A stretch of 59,260 nucleotides of DNA, counting the filler, from Squatina squatina (lineage: Eukaryota), in assembly GCA_031763465.1 (NCBI GenBank). It is 3 parts of 3 records of this genome, joined end to end, with 100 filler letters (N's around TTAATTAATTAA, not from the genome) between each part and the next. Parts side by side here need not be neighbours in the genome. Positions count along the whole stretch, not along the records: positions 12,644 to 43,024 come from JARFOE010000100.1; positions 43,125 to 59,260 come from JARFOE010000176.1; 1 more part is not named here. The stretch is one strand, 5' to 3'. Below, piece after piece: positions 38,376-50,380 of the stretch. A program made the position numbers and the translations under genes. The notes beneath the pieces are model-generated. The model was given only the letters and a program-made list of their open reading frames with translations, searched no databases and was not told the origin of the DNA. Numbering within the stretch: the stretch's first letter is position 1; each line of letters begins with the position of its first letter.

Positions 38376-38626
38376 TATGATCTCATTGAAACATACAAAA
38401 TTCTCACAGGGCTCGACAGGGTAGATGCAGGGAGGATGTTTTCCTTGGCTGGGGTGTCTAGAACCAGGGGTCACAGTCTCAGAATAATGGATTGGACATT
38501 TAGGACGGAGATGTGTAGAAATCTCTTCACTGAGAGGATGGTAAATCTCTGGAGTTCTCCACCCCAGAGAGCTGAGGAGGCTCAGTCATGGAGTATATTC
38601 AAGAGAGAGATCGATAGATTTTTGGA
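38376..38626 (+). mobile_element. CR1 LINE ORF2 C-terminal fragment, preceded by an (ATTCTATG)-type tail repeat
   Basis: MFSLAGVSRTRGHSLRI...RNLFTERMVNLWSSPPQRAEEAQSWSIFKREIDRFL. Confidence 0.88.
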
Positions 38627-39369
38627 NNNNNNNNNNNNNNNNNNNNNNNNNNNNNNNNNNNNNNNNNNNNNNNNNNNNNNNNNNNNNNNNNNNNNNNNNN
38701 NNNNNNNNNNNNNNNNNNNNNNNNNNTTGCATCTTCACCCATTTCCACGTGTCTGACCGAAATGGTGCAACTTTACAAAACACAAGACAAAGAGAGTTGT
38801 TACACAACAATGTGGAAAAGCTTGGCAATAATAAACATCAGCACAGTGTGCACACTTATTTTAGATTGTTGATTCTGTCAATTGTGAGGTAAAAATGAAT
38901 TATAGCATATTGACTTAAGTCTGTTGGTAGTAATAAAGCCTGGCCGTAGTGTGACGCACAGCACAGTTGGCGCACAGCTATTTTTAAATTCACAGTATGC
39001 AGTCTTATTGCTATCTGCACACAGCAGAGCAGAGGTGGTTTCACTCCTCACCAATCTGATTCCAAGTGCTCCGATTGCCACTTTTCTGTTATGGTCACAT
39101 CGACGTAAAAGTAACACAATACCTGTATCTTAATTGGATCTGGCCTCTGATAATTAGTTGATTTTTTTTTAGGCACACAAACAATATTGTGCTAAATCTC
39201 TGGTTGAATATGTGAGCTGGCGTAAATTCCAGTGTCAGTATAAAAGCTAGCAACACTTGGAAGCTCTGTTACATTATTTAGATCTTTGATTCTTTACTTT
39301 CGCTTTTTCCTATGCTGTCTCTTTCAACCAGGAGGGTCAGAGGAGGTGCAGGTTGATCTGCGGTTATCA

Positions 39370-39473
39370 TTGTGGCTCAGTGGTAGCACTCTGAGTCAGA
39401 AGGTATGGGTTCATAGTCCCATCCCAGAGCCTGAAGCACATAATTCAAACTGGCACTTGAGTGCACCGCTGAG
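39370..39473 (+). mobile_element. DeuSINE 5' fragment
   Basis: gtggctcagtggtagcactctgagtcagaaggtatgggttcatagtcc, A/B-box-like. Confidence 0.7.
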
Positions 39474-40821
39474 NNNNNNNNNNNNNNNNNNNNNNNNNNN
39501 NNNNNNNNNNNNNNNNNNNNNNNNNNNNNNNNNNNNNNNNNNNNNNNNNNNNNNNNNNNNNNNNNNNNNNNNNGGATGCGGACTTAATGCATTGGGGGAC
39601 AATGAAACAGTGCAGCTCTCAAAGGACAGGAGTGCTAAATTACTATGAAATGGTAAGTTAGTATAAAAATGAATATCCTGAGGAACAACGACCCTACGTT
39701 TCTTTGAAATTCTACACAGCACGTACTTCATTGACCTCTGCATATATTACAGAATCCCAAGCCAATTTGACTAGATCTGGAATTTGTCCTCAGTCTTCAC
39801 TTGCAAAAAAACTATGTGAATAATTCATTTAGCAGATCTGCCAGTTCCTGATCCTCAGTGATATTACATTCNNNNNNNNNNTTATAAAATACCAAAAATT
39901 AATGAAAACAAGTTAGTATGCATTATCGTTCACAACGCACCAGAAGTGAAGTTCTTGACTGGTTGCAAAAATTTTTTTTAGATCTCTCATGAGTGCTGCC
40001 AATCCACCTTTCTATTATCATCATATTCCTTCTAATACTTATTTTTGTTAACCTCAAATGATTTGTGTATCTCACTCCTGATCACTTTAAGATTTCTTGT
40101 TTCTTCGACAATGAATCTCCCTGGCCCTAAGGTTATTCTTGACCAGTTTGATCAATCCCTGTAATCTTGGTCTTGTTACAATTCTCTACTTAGCTCAATG
40201 GTAAGTACTCCCTTTGTGTCTTAACAAATGTTAATTATTTTTCTTGTGTTTTATTTTCTGCTGCTGGTTTAATCCTCTCTTGATTTCTTCATATATCCCC
40301 AGTGATTCATGTACTGAAGTTTTAAGCATCTTAAAATTGTTATTTTTAACTTTAATTATGAAAACAGGTTTTAGTGATCAGATGATTACAATGATGGATA
40401 GGATTGTATTTGGAAAAATTAGTTTCAATTATGAGGACAAGTCCTGTGATGCTTAAGAGCTTTTCATGAAACTAAAATGAAAGCAAGTTTTATATTTATA
40501 GTATCATGAAACGACATTACAATGCCTGTTGACACTCATAAGGCTGATAAAGAATATCCATGGATTGATTAGGACTGATGTGTTGCATTTGCAGGAAGTG
40601 GTTGCACAAGCTGGACCAGAGCAGTCTTAATTCACTTTTCCAGCAAAATATGTAGCTGGTCAATTATATAACAGCAGCTTAAGACTCCAGAAAAATGGGG
40701 TGCATACTCACCAGTTTGGGTCGGCTTTGATGTATCTCTTTCAGGCGACCCTCTATTGCACAAAAACGAAGTGATTAAAAACTGCAGTACATTGATTAAA
40801 ATCATTTAATACACCACTGCC

Positions 40822-40946
40822 CAACAATAACTTGCGTTTAAAATAGCACTTTTAACATAGGTGAAATGCGCCAAAGGGCTTTACAGAGCAATTATCAAAC
40901 AAAATTTGATACCGAGACACAGATATTGGGACGGACGACCAAAAGC
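40822..40946 (-). mobile_element. L2 LINE 3' end
   Basis: caacaataacttgcgtttaaaatagcacttttaac...aaatttgataccgag...gaccaaaagct, the reverse complement of 41570-41692. Confidence 0.7.
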
Positions 40947-41256
40947 TAGGGGGCAGGGAGAGAGAACGGGGCAGGGGGCAGAGAAAGAGGGAGAGAGAAG
41001 AGGTGGTGGGTGGGGCAAGGCGAGTACGGAGGGAGGGTGTGGAGTGAGGTGAGGTGGCTGGGGTGAGGTCTAGCACCGAGGAACGGAACCCCAGCAGTGA
41101 TGGGCGAACAGCGAGGGGCCGCTCCGCAATCTGTGACCGGCGCCAGTGAGCGTTTGNNNNNNNNNNNNNNNNNNNNNNNNNNNNNNNNNNNNNNNNNNNN
41201 NNNNNNNNNNNNNNNNNNNNNNNNNNNNNNNNNNNNNNNNNNNNNNNNNNNNNNNN

Positions 41257-41692
41257 TCACCCCTGTGCTCGCTAACCTACATTGGTTCCTGGTTAAACAA
41301 TACTTTGATGTTAAAATTCCCATCCATTTTTTCAAATCTCTCCATGACCTCACCCCTCCCTATCTCTGTAATCTCCTCCAGCCCCACAACCCCCTGAGGT
41401 ATCTGCGCTCCTCTAATTCTGGCCTCGTGAGCATCCCTGATTATAATCCACCATCAGTGGCCGTGCCTTCAGCTGCCAAGGCCCAAAACTCTGGAATTCC
41501 CTTCCTAAACCTCTCCACCTCTCCATCTCTCTTTCCTCCTTTAAGACGCTCCGTAAAACCAACCTCTTTGAGCAAGGTCATCTGTCCGATATCTCCTTAA
41601 GTGTCAAATTTTGTTTTATAACACTCCTGTGAAGCGCCTTGGGATGTTTTACCTCATTAAAGGTGCTATGTCAATACAAGTTGTTGTTGTTG
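41257..41692 (+). mobile_element. L2 LINE ORF2 C-terminus and 3' end
   Basis: TPVLANLHWFLVKQYFDVKIPIHFFKSLHDLTPPYLCNLL...LRSS matches the L2 motif HITP.L..LHWLP. Tail aaaggtgctatgtcaatacaagttgttgttgttg. Confidence 0.88.
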
Positions 41693-42859
41693 AAATCTCA
41701 CTTAGCCCAAGCAACTCACTGCTTACCTGTTTATCCTGAGTTGGTGGCTGTTAGCAGTTGCTGATAAATGTCAGTTCTTTCACTGTTACCTTATTCCCCT
41801 TAACATTGCTATTTTTAACCTAATTACCTCTGTTATCCTCTCTTGTACCATTATTTTAACTCCTTTCATAACGGTTATTTCATCTCTTAAAAATAAGCCA
41901 CTTTTTCAGCTAGCTTTATCGATTTACTTTTTACAAACGTTCTGCTCTTTTAGTTCTATCTTTCTTTCACAGTATGTTTCTGTGATGCCAATAATGTCAA
42001 TATTTTGCAAGCTGTGTAGACCTCCAATTCAATAGGTTTCTTCTAATGAATCCTGCATTATTATAAAGACATCTGACATTTTTAATAGCTTTTACCCATT
42101 TTGAAATATTTTATATTTCTATTCCTCTTTTGTGAATAACAATCACTGCTTATCTATGAATGCCAATGTCACAGCCTTTCCACACACTAAATCCAGTTTA
42201 AATGAGTCCCAATTACTGTTTCATATTCCCCACCAATCCCCTAGTTTCTCAGCTATTATGTGCAGACTATTCTTCTGAAAGTATCTGTTCAAGATATTTG
42301 ATGACCTTGAATGCTGTCGAGTACTCTCTGCCCCATCAGCTTACACATTTCTGCCTTTAGGCTGCTGCTAAGCAGGAAGCTCTGCAATGAGTGGACCCAC
42401 TGGGCCGTGCTTTGCGACCTCCTGTTGTCAAATCAAACTGGCTTGATGGATTCTGGGAGTTGCCCAGAGTAGTTCCTGCTCTAATGATGCTTGAAGAAGA
42501 AGAGCGATCACCCAGCTGGGTCACTATTGGTACTTCACGGGAGGCCAGCAGGTCATGCAGGACATCATTGTGGGCAATGAAGCTTTAACTAGCCTACAGG
42601 AGTAGAGTCGGAAGCCAAGCTTGCATCAATAATTTGATTTTTCTAGCCCTGACTAAGGTAACATGTGGCAGTGGATGATTTGAATATTAAAAAAAGAGTT
42701 GCATGACTGCAAATTAGAACAAATGTCTACTCACCCAGGGACAAGGGAGGATATCATTTATTGAGAGGAAGCCTACCCTAACTGGCATTGAGGTCATGTC
42801 TCCCATTTAACTCTAATTGTGCTGCTGTGGTGTTTAAACATTTGAAAAACTGTAATTTA

Positions 42860-43024
42860 TTAGAATCATAGAACTATAGAATGATTTGACACAGAAGGAG
42901 GCCATTCAGCCCATCAAGCTTGTACTGGCTATTCCAATCAGACCCACACCCCACACATCTTTTCTGTAAATACTTTTCCTTCAAGAATTTACCCTTCTCC
43001 TTTCGCTTTTGAAAGTTACTATTG
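42860..43024 (-). mobile_element. CR1 (HER1-like) 3' tail
   Basis: tagaatcatagaactatagaatg...cacagaaggaggccattcagcccatc. Confidence 0.75.
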
Positions 43025-46000
43025 NNNNNNNNNNNNNNNNNNNNNNNNNNNNNNNNNNNNNNNNNNNNTTAATTAATTAANNNNNNNNNNNNNNNNNNNN
43101 NNNNNNNNNNNNNNNNNNNNNNNNGGCGGAGCAGGCTCGAAGGGCCGAATGGCCTACTCCTGCTCCTATCTTCTATATGTTTCTACAAATGCATATTCCT
43201 TTTTTAAATTACCCGCAACAAAATGAGGGTGATGTGGGCAGTTCTACAAAGGTACAAAGGTACAAATGTGTAAAGATCTAGGCAAAGATCTGAAGGTCAA
43301 TGCTTTCCCATTAAGTGGTAGCGGCACAGACCAGAAGTCTCCATTACATCAGGACAGAAATGAAATTCTGTTGTCAAGCTATGGCTGAAGCCACTGGTTA
43401 TGCCACTACAATAAGCAGCACTGTAGGGAAATATTCTCTCCTGGGATTAGTACTGTATTAACAACAGTCACTAAGTAAGCCGAGTACACTAAGGTCATTT
43501 TTACATTCACATTGCAGTTAAATTGAAGCGGTCAGCTAAAACATGCACTTAACTCATCCTGGAGACTTGCATTCGCACAGTGTGCTAGCCATTTTCTTCT
43601 TGAAATTTATTGGGGAATGTGTTGAATTGGAGAATTTAAAATTGAAATGGAGTTAAAACCATACGGGGATGTTTTTTTTTTAATTCAAAGAGTAGGGAAT
43701 CTGTCTCTCAAGGTGTTCAGTCAGGCCTGGGCAGGTTTAAGTTTTAAAGCAACTATTAATTGCTTTGGAAGATTTAATGCTCCGAGCTCGTTCATTTCAG
43801 TTCCTTTAAACATGAAATTTACATTGCTTATTTATTCATTTGGATTGTAGTGTTCTACTGCTCATTGGTAAAGCAGATTCTCTCTTTCGAGATGAGCCGC
43901 ATAGTCCCTGATAGCAGGCAACAAATTTCAATTATGTGGAAAGGGAGAAATTATATTGTTTCAATTTTATCAGTAACAGCTCTTTGTCTGATTGTGTGCG
44001 TTCTCTGTCAACAGCGCTGCACATCACTATTCTGCAAAGACAAAAATGCCTTTAGGTTGAAAGCTTATCTAATCTCCATGAAATAATGGAAAGCAAGAGG
44101 GAGAGCTAGAGACTCGGGCAATATTCCAGCTCAGGGACCGTAGCACTTCCAAACAAATAACTGTGAATCAGCTCAGAATACTAAATCATAAGAGCACCAG
44201 TTTAGCACTGCCGAATGACCAACAGGCAGTGCAGATAATGTTAGCAGTGTGTACTGTTGAACGTCTATTGTTGTGCGAGCAAACCAGTTTGTTCTTTTCC
44301 AACATGCTTGCAATGTCACTACACATAGCAACTGGGGCAATGTTACCCTCACATTCACTAAGCAGTTTCATAGAATGATGCACAATCTACAGCACAGAAA
44401 CAGGCCATTTGTTATGTATCAGGGTTGATGTTTTGAGTTTGCCCTGTACCAACTACAGTAGCTCAATTGTATGGGTATATAATCCTGTGATCTTTTCTCT
44501 CTTTCTCCTCTTCTCACCTGTGTTCAGTTGAACTTGGAGTTCCATCTTGGAGCTCAGAGCAGTGCTANNNNNNNNNNNNNNNNNNNNNNNNNNNNNNNNN
44601 NNNNNNNNNNNNNNNNNNNNNNNNNNNNNNNNNNNNNNNNNNNNNNNNNNNNNNNNNNNNNNNNNNNTACAGTATAGAGAATAAATGAGAGTACAGGAGT
44701 TTTCTCTTTGTGTAATACAGTAATTCCATTTTAATTTCCCAGATGTTGCAAAGTTGAACAGTAGCTTTACACTTAACAGAATCTGTTAATTTGGAAGTTT
44801 TTTTTCCAATTTTGCTTTGCATCATGACTTTGGCATGTTTCACGTTGTACCTTTTTGTTGGCTGGCAACTTCAGACATTTGTCTTTCCCTCAGAAAAGAT
44901 TTAATTGCACTGTAGCGTACTTGCTCTCTTTCTTGCCTTTTTTTCTCACCGTTCTCCCTAGAACAACTTTATTAGCTCTTCTGAGCCCTCAACCAGTTTA
45001 ATTTAGAAGTCGCCTTCTTGGAGATTTCCTTGGCACTACACAGCTGCACAACTATGGGACTTTGGGAACAGGATGATAATTGATGCAAAACTTGGCACTA
45101 ATTCTGTAGCAATTACTGTGGCACACTGGGGTCTCGATATTTTGCGCCACCATGCCACCCCTTAAAAATTTTCAGTACTTCAATAAATGCTTGTAAGGCC
45201 ATGAAAATTGCTTTGAATAAGTATACTGTTTGGCTGAGAAGACGAAAATGGGAAAAATAGCACTACTTGGATTTCAGCATAAAGTAGTAATCGTAGGCAT
45301 GTGAAATGTTATAATGTGACTAATTTTAGTGTGTACTTTTTTCCAATTATGGAGTTTCTGCGTCACTCCTTTGGCATATTTAAATTGCGTTGCCTTACCG
45401 GGCCGTCCGATCCAGGCCCCCTCTCCCCGTGTGCTCAGCCATGCCACACGTCAGCTTGTAATGGGCCACCTGCGGTGACCTGACTGTGAAAGCACATTGC
45501 TCAATGAGGACGTGACACCACCATTTCCAACATCCATCTCTGTATGACTTTGGCAGGAAGAGCCTACAGGGTACCTTAATCATCGGCAACATGAGGGAAG
45601 TATCATTAATTATACTGATGGATGTTATCATTTAAATTTTTATAGTTACTATGACTTCCGACGCTTAAAAAAAAGAATCAGTGATACAGCTTAGAATGCT
45701 AATGATCCATTTGGAGCAATTCCAGTCATTTGTGTCGAAATTCACCGTTATGAAATCAAAATGTAAATTTTCAAAATGTCACTGCTTGATGCATGGAAAT
45801 AATTAATGTTGGTCTCTCTCACTTTTGCAATGTCTGGGACTGACAGTTTGATGCAAGTATTCACAGCCACTAAAGACTTGCAATTACCCAGAGTGCTGTT
45901 ACCGGCCAATGAAATCTAGGGAAGATATGCGACACACAGCGTTAGTAATGAAGGACAGCTCGTGACAATTTAATTACAGACATATGACCAGTCAAGGCAT

Positions 46001-47387
46001 TAGAAGGTTTATGGATATCATCACACACAGACATGTATATCAGAGAAGCTGGGTGCAGTTTAAATGGCTCATTACTGTAATACACAGCAAGACAGCTTAT
46101 TATTTTAATTCCTTCAGTTTAATTCCTCCAGTTTACCAGCTTCAAGATTACAAGAGACTGCCAGCGCTTTGGATGAAAGNNNNNNNNNNNNNNNNNNNNN
46201 NNNNNNNNNNNNNNNNNNNNNNNNNNNNNNNNNNNNNNNNNNNNNNNNNNNNNNNNNNNNNNNNNNNNNNNNNNNNNNNAGTAAAATTCGACGATTTGTA
46301 GTATCAAAGTACAGATGATTTTTTTTTTAGCAGTTAGCGTATTCCTCAGGCACAGATGCTGATGCCATTGCCACACTTCGTTCTACAGAGAGCAGCTGTG
46401 ATCCTTCCACACTTTGTTTCTAGGTGACTTTCCCAGCTAGCTTTCCACTTTTCATTTTGCTGATTTACTGAGAGAGCGTTGGTGTGCTTGGAGCAATCAG
46501 ATAACTCTGAGAATGGAAATTGAACCTCGACCTTCCTGGTCTGCACCACTTAAACTGTACTTGGCAACTTGGGCATTTAGGGAGCAGGATCAAAATATAT
46601 TTATAATAGTGTTGTGAGGCCTGATGATGGGAATCTGCACTAGCACTGAGTTCAGTTCTTTCAGAAAATTTGAGTGCAGTAGGACAGTGGTTTCCAAACG
46701 ACATGTATGGCCCCTGACCCCAGGCAATTCAGTCCTTTTTTGTGCTTGCATTTATTTGCTGGTTTGTCCTGTTGGAAGTTTGTGGGCCTGGAGGTTTTGA
46801 AAGAATTTTCCTCCGCGCCATTGCCTCATTGGTGGATAATTCCTAAATCGGAGTACCAAGATCTGTTAGCATCAGCAACTTGAGATATATGCCAATTAAT
46901 GGGGACGCTGGAAAATGCCACAAGGGTAGTGTGGCTGTCAGTGACAGTAGAAGTAGAAAAAACTTTTAATTTATTTTTTCAAGTCTCCTACGTTTGCCAC
47001 GCGCAATTGAACACTGAGCAGTTGATTTGTGTAAGACAAAGTGACCCTTTAAAATTTAACCCCTTCTTCCTCGCCTCCCTCCTTTTTCTGGAGCTCCATA
47101 GCAACACTGGACACCAAGAACACATGGTATTCTTAGTACCCAGCATCGCTATGGCTCAATTGAGGGGAAAATATGTACTATAATGCATTCCTGTCAATGG
47201 TGTCTCACTACAATATGCCCACCCATATTTGGGAACAGGTATGCCCAATGTCACTTCCAGTAGAAAATTGTGGAAGTAGTATTGGGTNNNNNNNNNNNNN
47301 NNNNNNNNNNNNNNNNNNNNNNNNNNNNNNNNNNNNNNNNNNNNNNNNNNNNNNNNNNNNNNNNNNNNNNNNNNNNNNNNNNNNNNN

Positions 47388-47575
47388 CCCCAGAAAGCTG
47401 CGGATGTCGGGGGTCAGTTGGAGTGTTCAAGACTGAGATTGATGGGCTTTTGCTATGTAAGGGTACTAAGGGATAAGCAGCAAAGGCAAGTGAATGGAGT
47501 TGAGGTACAGATCAGCCATGATCTAACAGAATGGCAGAATAGGCTCGAGGGGCGAAATGACCAATTCCTGTTCCA
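47388..47575 (+). mobile_element. CR1 LINE 3' end
   Basis: ttcaagactgagattgat...gatcagccatgatct...gaatggcagaataggctcgaggggc. Confidence 0.75.
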
Positions 47576-47674
47576 ATGGTTCAGTTGGAGGTTATCGGTA
47601 TGCACAATGAAACTGGCCTGCCAATGAGTCTTTAATGATTTGATTCCTGCAAGTAGAAATCTTCACAGATATAA

Positions 47675-47746
47675 TACTAGAAAATGCTGTGTACACTCAG
47701 CAGGTCAGGCAGCATCTTTGGAAAGAGAAACAGTGTTAACGTTTCA
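47675..47746 (-). mobile_element. Truncated Penelope-like end fragment
   Basis: agaaaatgctg...actcagcaggtcaggcagcatct...gagaaacagtgttaacgtttca, similar to 6238-6306. Confidence 0.65.
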
Positions 47747-47749
47747 AGA

Positions 47750-48058
47750 GAGACTTGCATTTCTGTAGCGCTTTTCACAATAACAGAATATCCCTAAAAA
47801 CTTTACAGCCAATGAAGTATTTTTTTTTGAAGTATAGACATTGTTGTAATGTAGGGAAGCATGGCTGCTAATTTGCACACAGCAATATCCCACAAACAGC
47901 AGTGAGATAAATAACCAATTAATCTTTCTTTTAATGATGTTGTTTGAGGGATAATTATTGACCAGGGCAGCGGGGAGAATAGTGCCATGGGATCTTTTAC
48001 GCCACCAGAGAAGACAGATGGGACCTCAGTATATGTCTCATCCAAAAGACAGTATGCT
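47750..48058 (-). mobile_element. DeuSINE (SacSINE1-like), 3' two-thirds
   Basis: gacttgcatttctgtagcgc...tttacagccaatgaagta...agtgccatgggatcttttac, the reverse complement of 36655-36852 plus tail. Confidence 0.85.
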
Positions 48059-49099
48059 GATTATATCCTTTGCTGTTGTTGCTATGGAGCAATGAAGCTA
48101 AAATGCCCAATAACATGTCTTCAAATAACACGTTAACATGATAGATGCTGCTTCTTTCAAGGACGTCTGAACCAAATTCAGCAAATAGGTTTACGCGCAT
48201 GAACTCATGGCTGAGTTTGATTGACAGCTCACTGCATCACAATTGGACCCATGGGTATTAGATGTTGTCAAGTTGTTATCTTAACATCATGTGTGATGCA
48301 TCCTTCAACAAAACGGTACCATACTTTCTAGACACAAGTCATTTAGGACAGTACCTTGTACGAGTTTGCTTTCTGGTTTTCCATGTGGCTTTATTTAGCT
48401 TGAGTAAATAAAGGCACATAATGATTGAGGGAGGAGAGGGGGTGGGGTGGTGCAGAACTGGATTGCTCCAGCTTGGACACTTTCTGGAGGAGATGATGTG
48501 TATGATTGTCAGAATGGCCCGTTGACGCTCCCCTAAGTATTGTCAACTGAGAAGCTGTCAGCAGAAATAGTTCCGAAATGATCAAACTATTAACATGCCC
48601 CATGATTAACTAACTTTCATTTAAAATTGCCTTGGTTGGAGAATACCAGACACCTTACATTGAAGCCAAACACGCACCTTTTCTTCCTTTAACAAATACT
48701 TACCAGCTGATTACCTGCAATCCCTTCAAATCAGCAGTCAAAAACAGAAGCAGAAGTAGGCCAAGCATGAGCTGTGTAAGTTACCTTGTCAGTTTGGTTC
48801 AATGCTATTACTCATGCCTCTCCATTAGAATGTTGTGGTTTCAAGCCCCGCTCCAGGACTTGAGGACGTAACTAGCTGTTACTCCAGTGAAGTAGTTGAG
48901 AGAGTGCTGCATTAAGACATTCAACTGAGGGTATGTTGGCCCGTTCTGCAGAGTAATGAACCCACAACACTCTTTGGAGAAGAGAAACATCTTTCTGGTC
49001 AACACCTCCCACTCCACTGAGCACAACTTATCTGGCCTTTCATCTCCTCCAGTCTGGGAGCAAAATGGCTACCTTTAAAGCAGTACAAGGTGCTCTATT

Positions 49100-49396
49100 T
49101 AGGCTGACACTCCAGTGCAGTACTGAGGGAGTGCTGTACTGTCAGAGGTGTCGTCTTTTCAGGTGAAATGTTAAATCGAGGCCCCTCTCAGGTGGACATA
49201 AAAATCCCATGGGACTATTTTGAAGATGAGCAAGGGAGTTCTCCCCGCTATCCCAACCAATATTTTTCCCTCAACCAACATCTAAAACTGATAACCTGGT
49301 CATCTACCTCATTGCTGTTTGTGGGAGCTTGCTATGCACAAATTGGTTGCCGCATGTCCTACTTTAAAGGCGCTATATAACTGCAAGTTGTTGTTG
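49100..49396 (+). mobile_element. DeuSINE (SacSINE1-like)
   Basis: taggctgacactccagtgcagtactgaggga...aaaatcccatggga...aaaggcgctatataactgcaagttgttgttgt. An older, degenerate copy precedes it at about 48810-49080. Confidence 0.85.
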
Positions 49397-49740
49397 TCCC
49401 ACAAAGCACGCATGTTGTAGAGTTAAGTTGGTAGCAACCAGGTCCCTCTTAGAGCTAGGAGTGAGCTGTCGAACAAACTACCACTGATTGACGCTGGTCA
49501 CATTGATTTAAAGATTGATTATATTTTAAGTGCGACATGCAGAAAACCTGATGCATCGGCCATAAATCATCATAATTGTATTAAGCATATGTCCAGCTAA
49601 CAGTTTGTGGCTTAATTGTAATGTTGGACTGAGAGCGCATNNNNNNNNNNNNNNNNNNNNNNNNNNNNNNNNNNNNNNNNNNNNNNNNNNNNNNNNNNNN
49701 NNNNNNNNNNNNNNNNNNNNNNNNNNNNNNNNNNNNNNNN

Positions 49741-49894
49741 CCTCAGCGTTGGATCTGTCCAGAAGTTTCTGGATAGATCGCAAATGCCGGTTTTGCGGGC
49801 TTACGATGTACAGCCCCATAACCGGCTTTTGCGATGTCTCCCCGGGTGCCTGGGAACATTGTTTCCACCCGGGGACATTCTCAATTTCAGGGCC
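49741..49894. mobile_element. Hairpin-rich DNA transposon (MITE) end adjoining a DeuSINE 3' half (49895-50060)
   Basis: Three consecutive inverted repeats and a terminus AATTTCAGGGCC, followed by SINE sequence attatctggtcattt...aaatgcaagtctttctttctt. Confidence 0.55.
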
Positions 49895-50196
49895 ATTATC
49901 TGGTCATTTATCTCAATGCTGCTTGAGGAAAATGCTGTGTGCAAATTGGCTGCTGCATTTTCTACATTACAACGTTGAGTATACTTCAAGAGTACATAAT
50001 TGGCTGTAAAGCACTTTGGGATATCCTGAGGTACTATCTAAATGCAAGTCTTTCTTTCTTCTGAGTGTAACAAATGCCTAGACAACATCTTACAGAACTT
50101 TCTTGTCTCTGATCTTAAGCTGCTTAGAATGTAATGATCTGCACTGGAAACGCTGAATGTCAAAATGTCATTGATGACTCTTTTCCATCTTCACAG

Positions 50197-50380
50197 GGCT
50201 GGAGGACACAAAAAAGTTCCTTATCATTACTACGAAACGGGGGGTCTAGATGAATGTGCGGAGTACGCCCTTCATGAAAATGCCCTCTACGGAGGTCACA
50301 GATTTATAACTGAGAAGGCTGTCTTTGCAAAGTGGGCCAAGCTTCACAACATAACATTCTCGCACCCAGCCAGCGGCTAG
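50197..50380 (+). CDS. ST6GALNAC3: Terminal coding exon of an ST6GalNAc III-like alpha-2,6-sialyltransferase (GT29), partial gene
   Basis: Acceptor cttttccatcttcacAG|G at 50195-50196 (phase 2). Translation AGGHKKVPYHYYETGGLDECAEYALHENALYGGHRFITEKAVFAKWAKLHNITFSHPASG*, TAG at 50378-50380. Contains sialylmotif III (HYYE) and VS (HxxxxE). YGGHRFITEK/AKWAK and the position upstream of an ST6GALNAC5-like gene favour ST6GALNAC3 over ST6GALNAC4. Confidence 0.88.
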
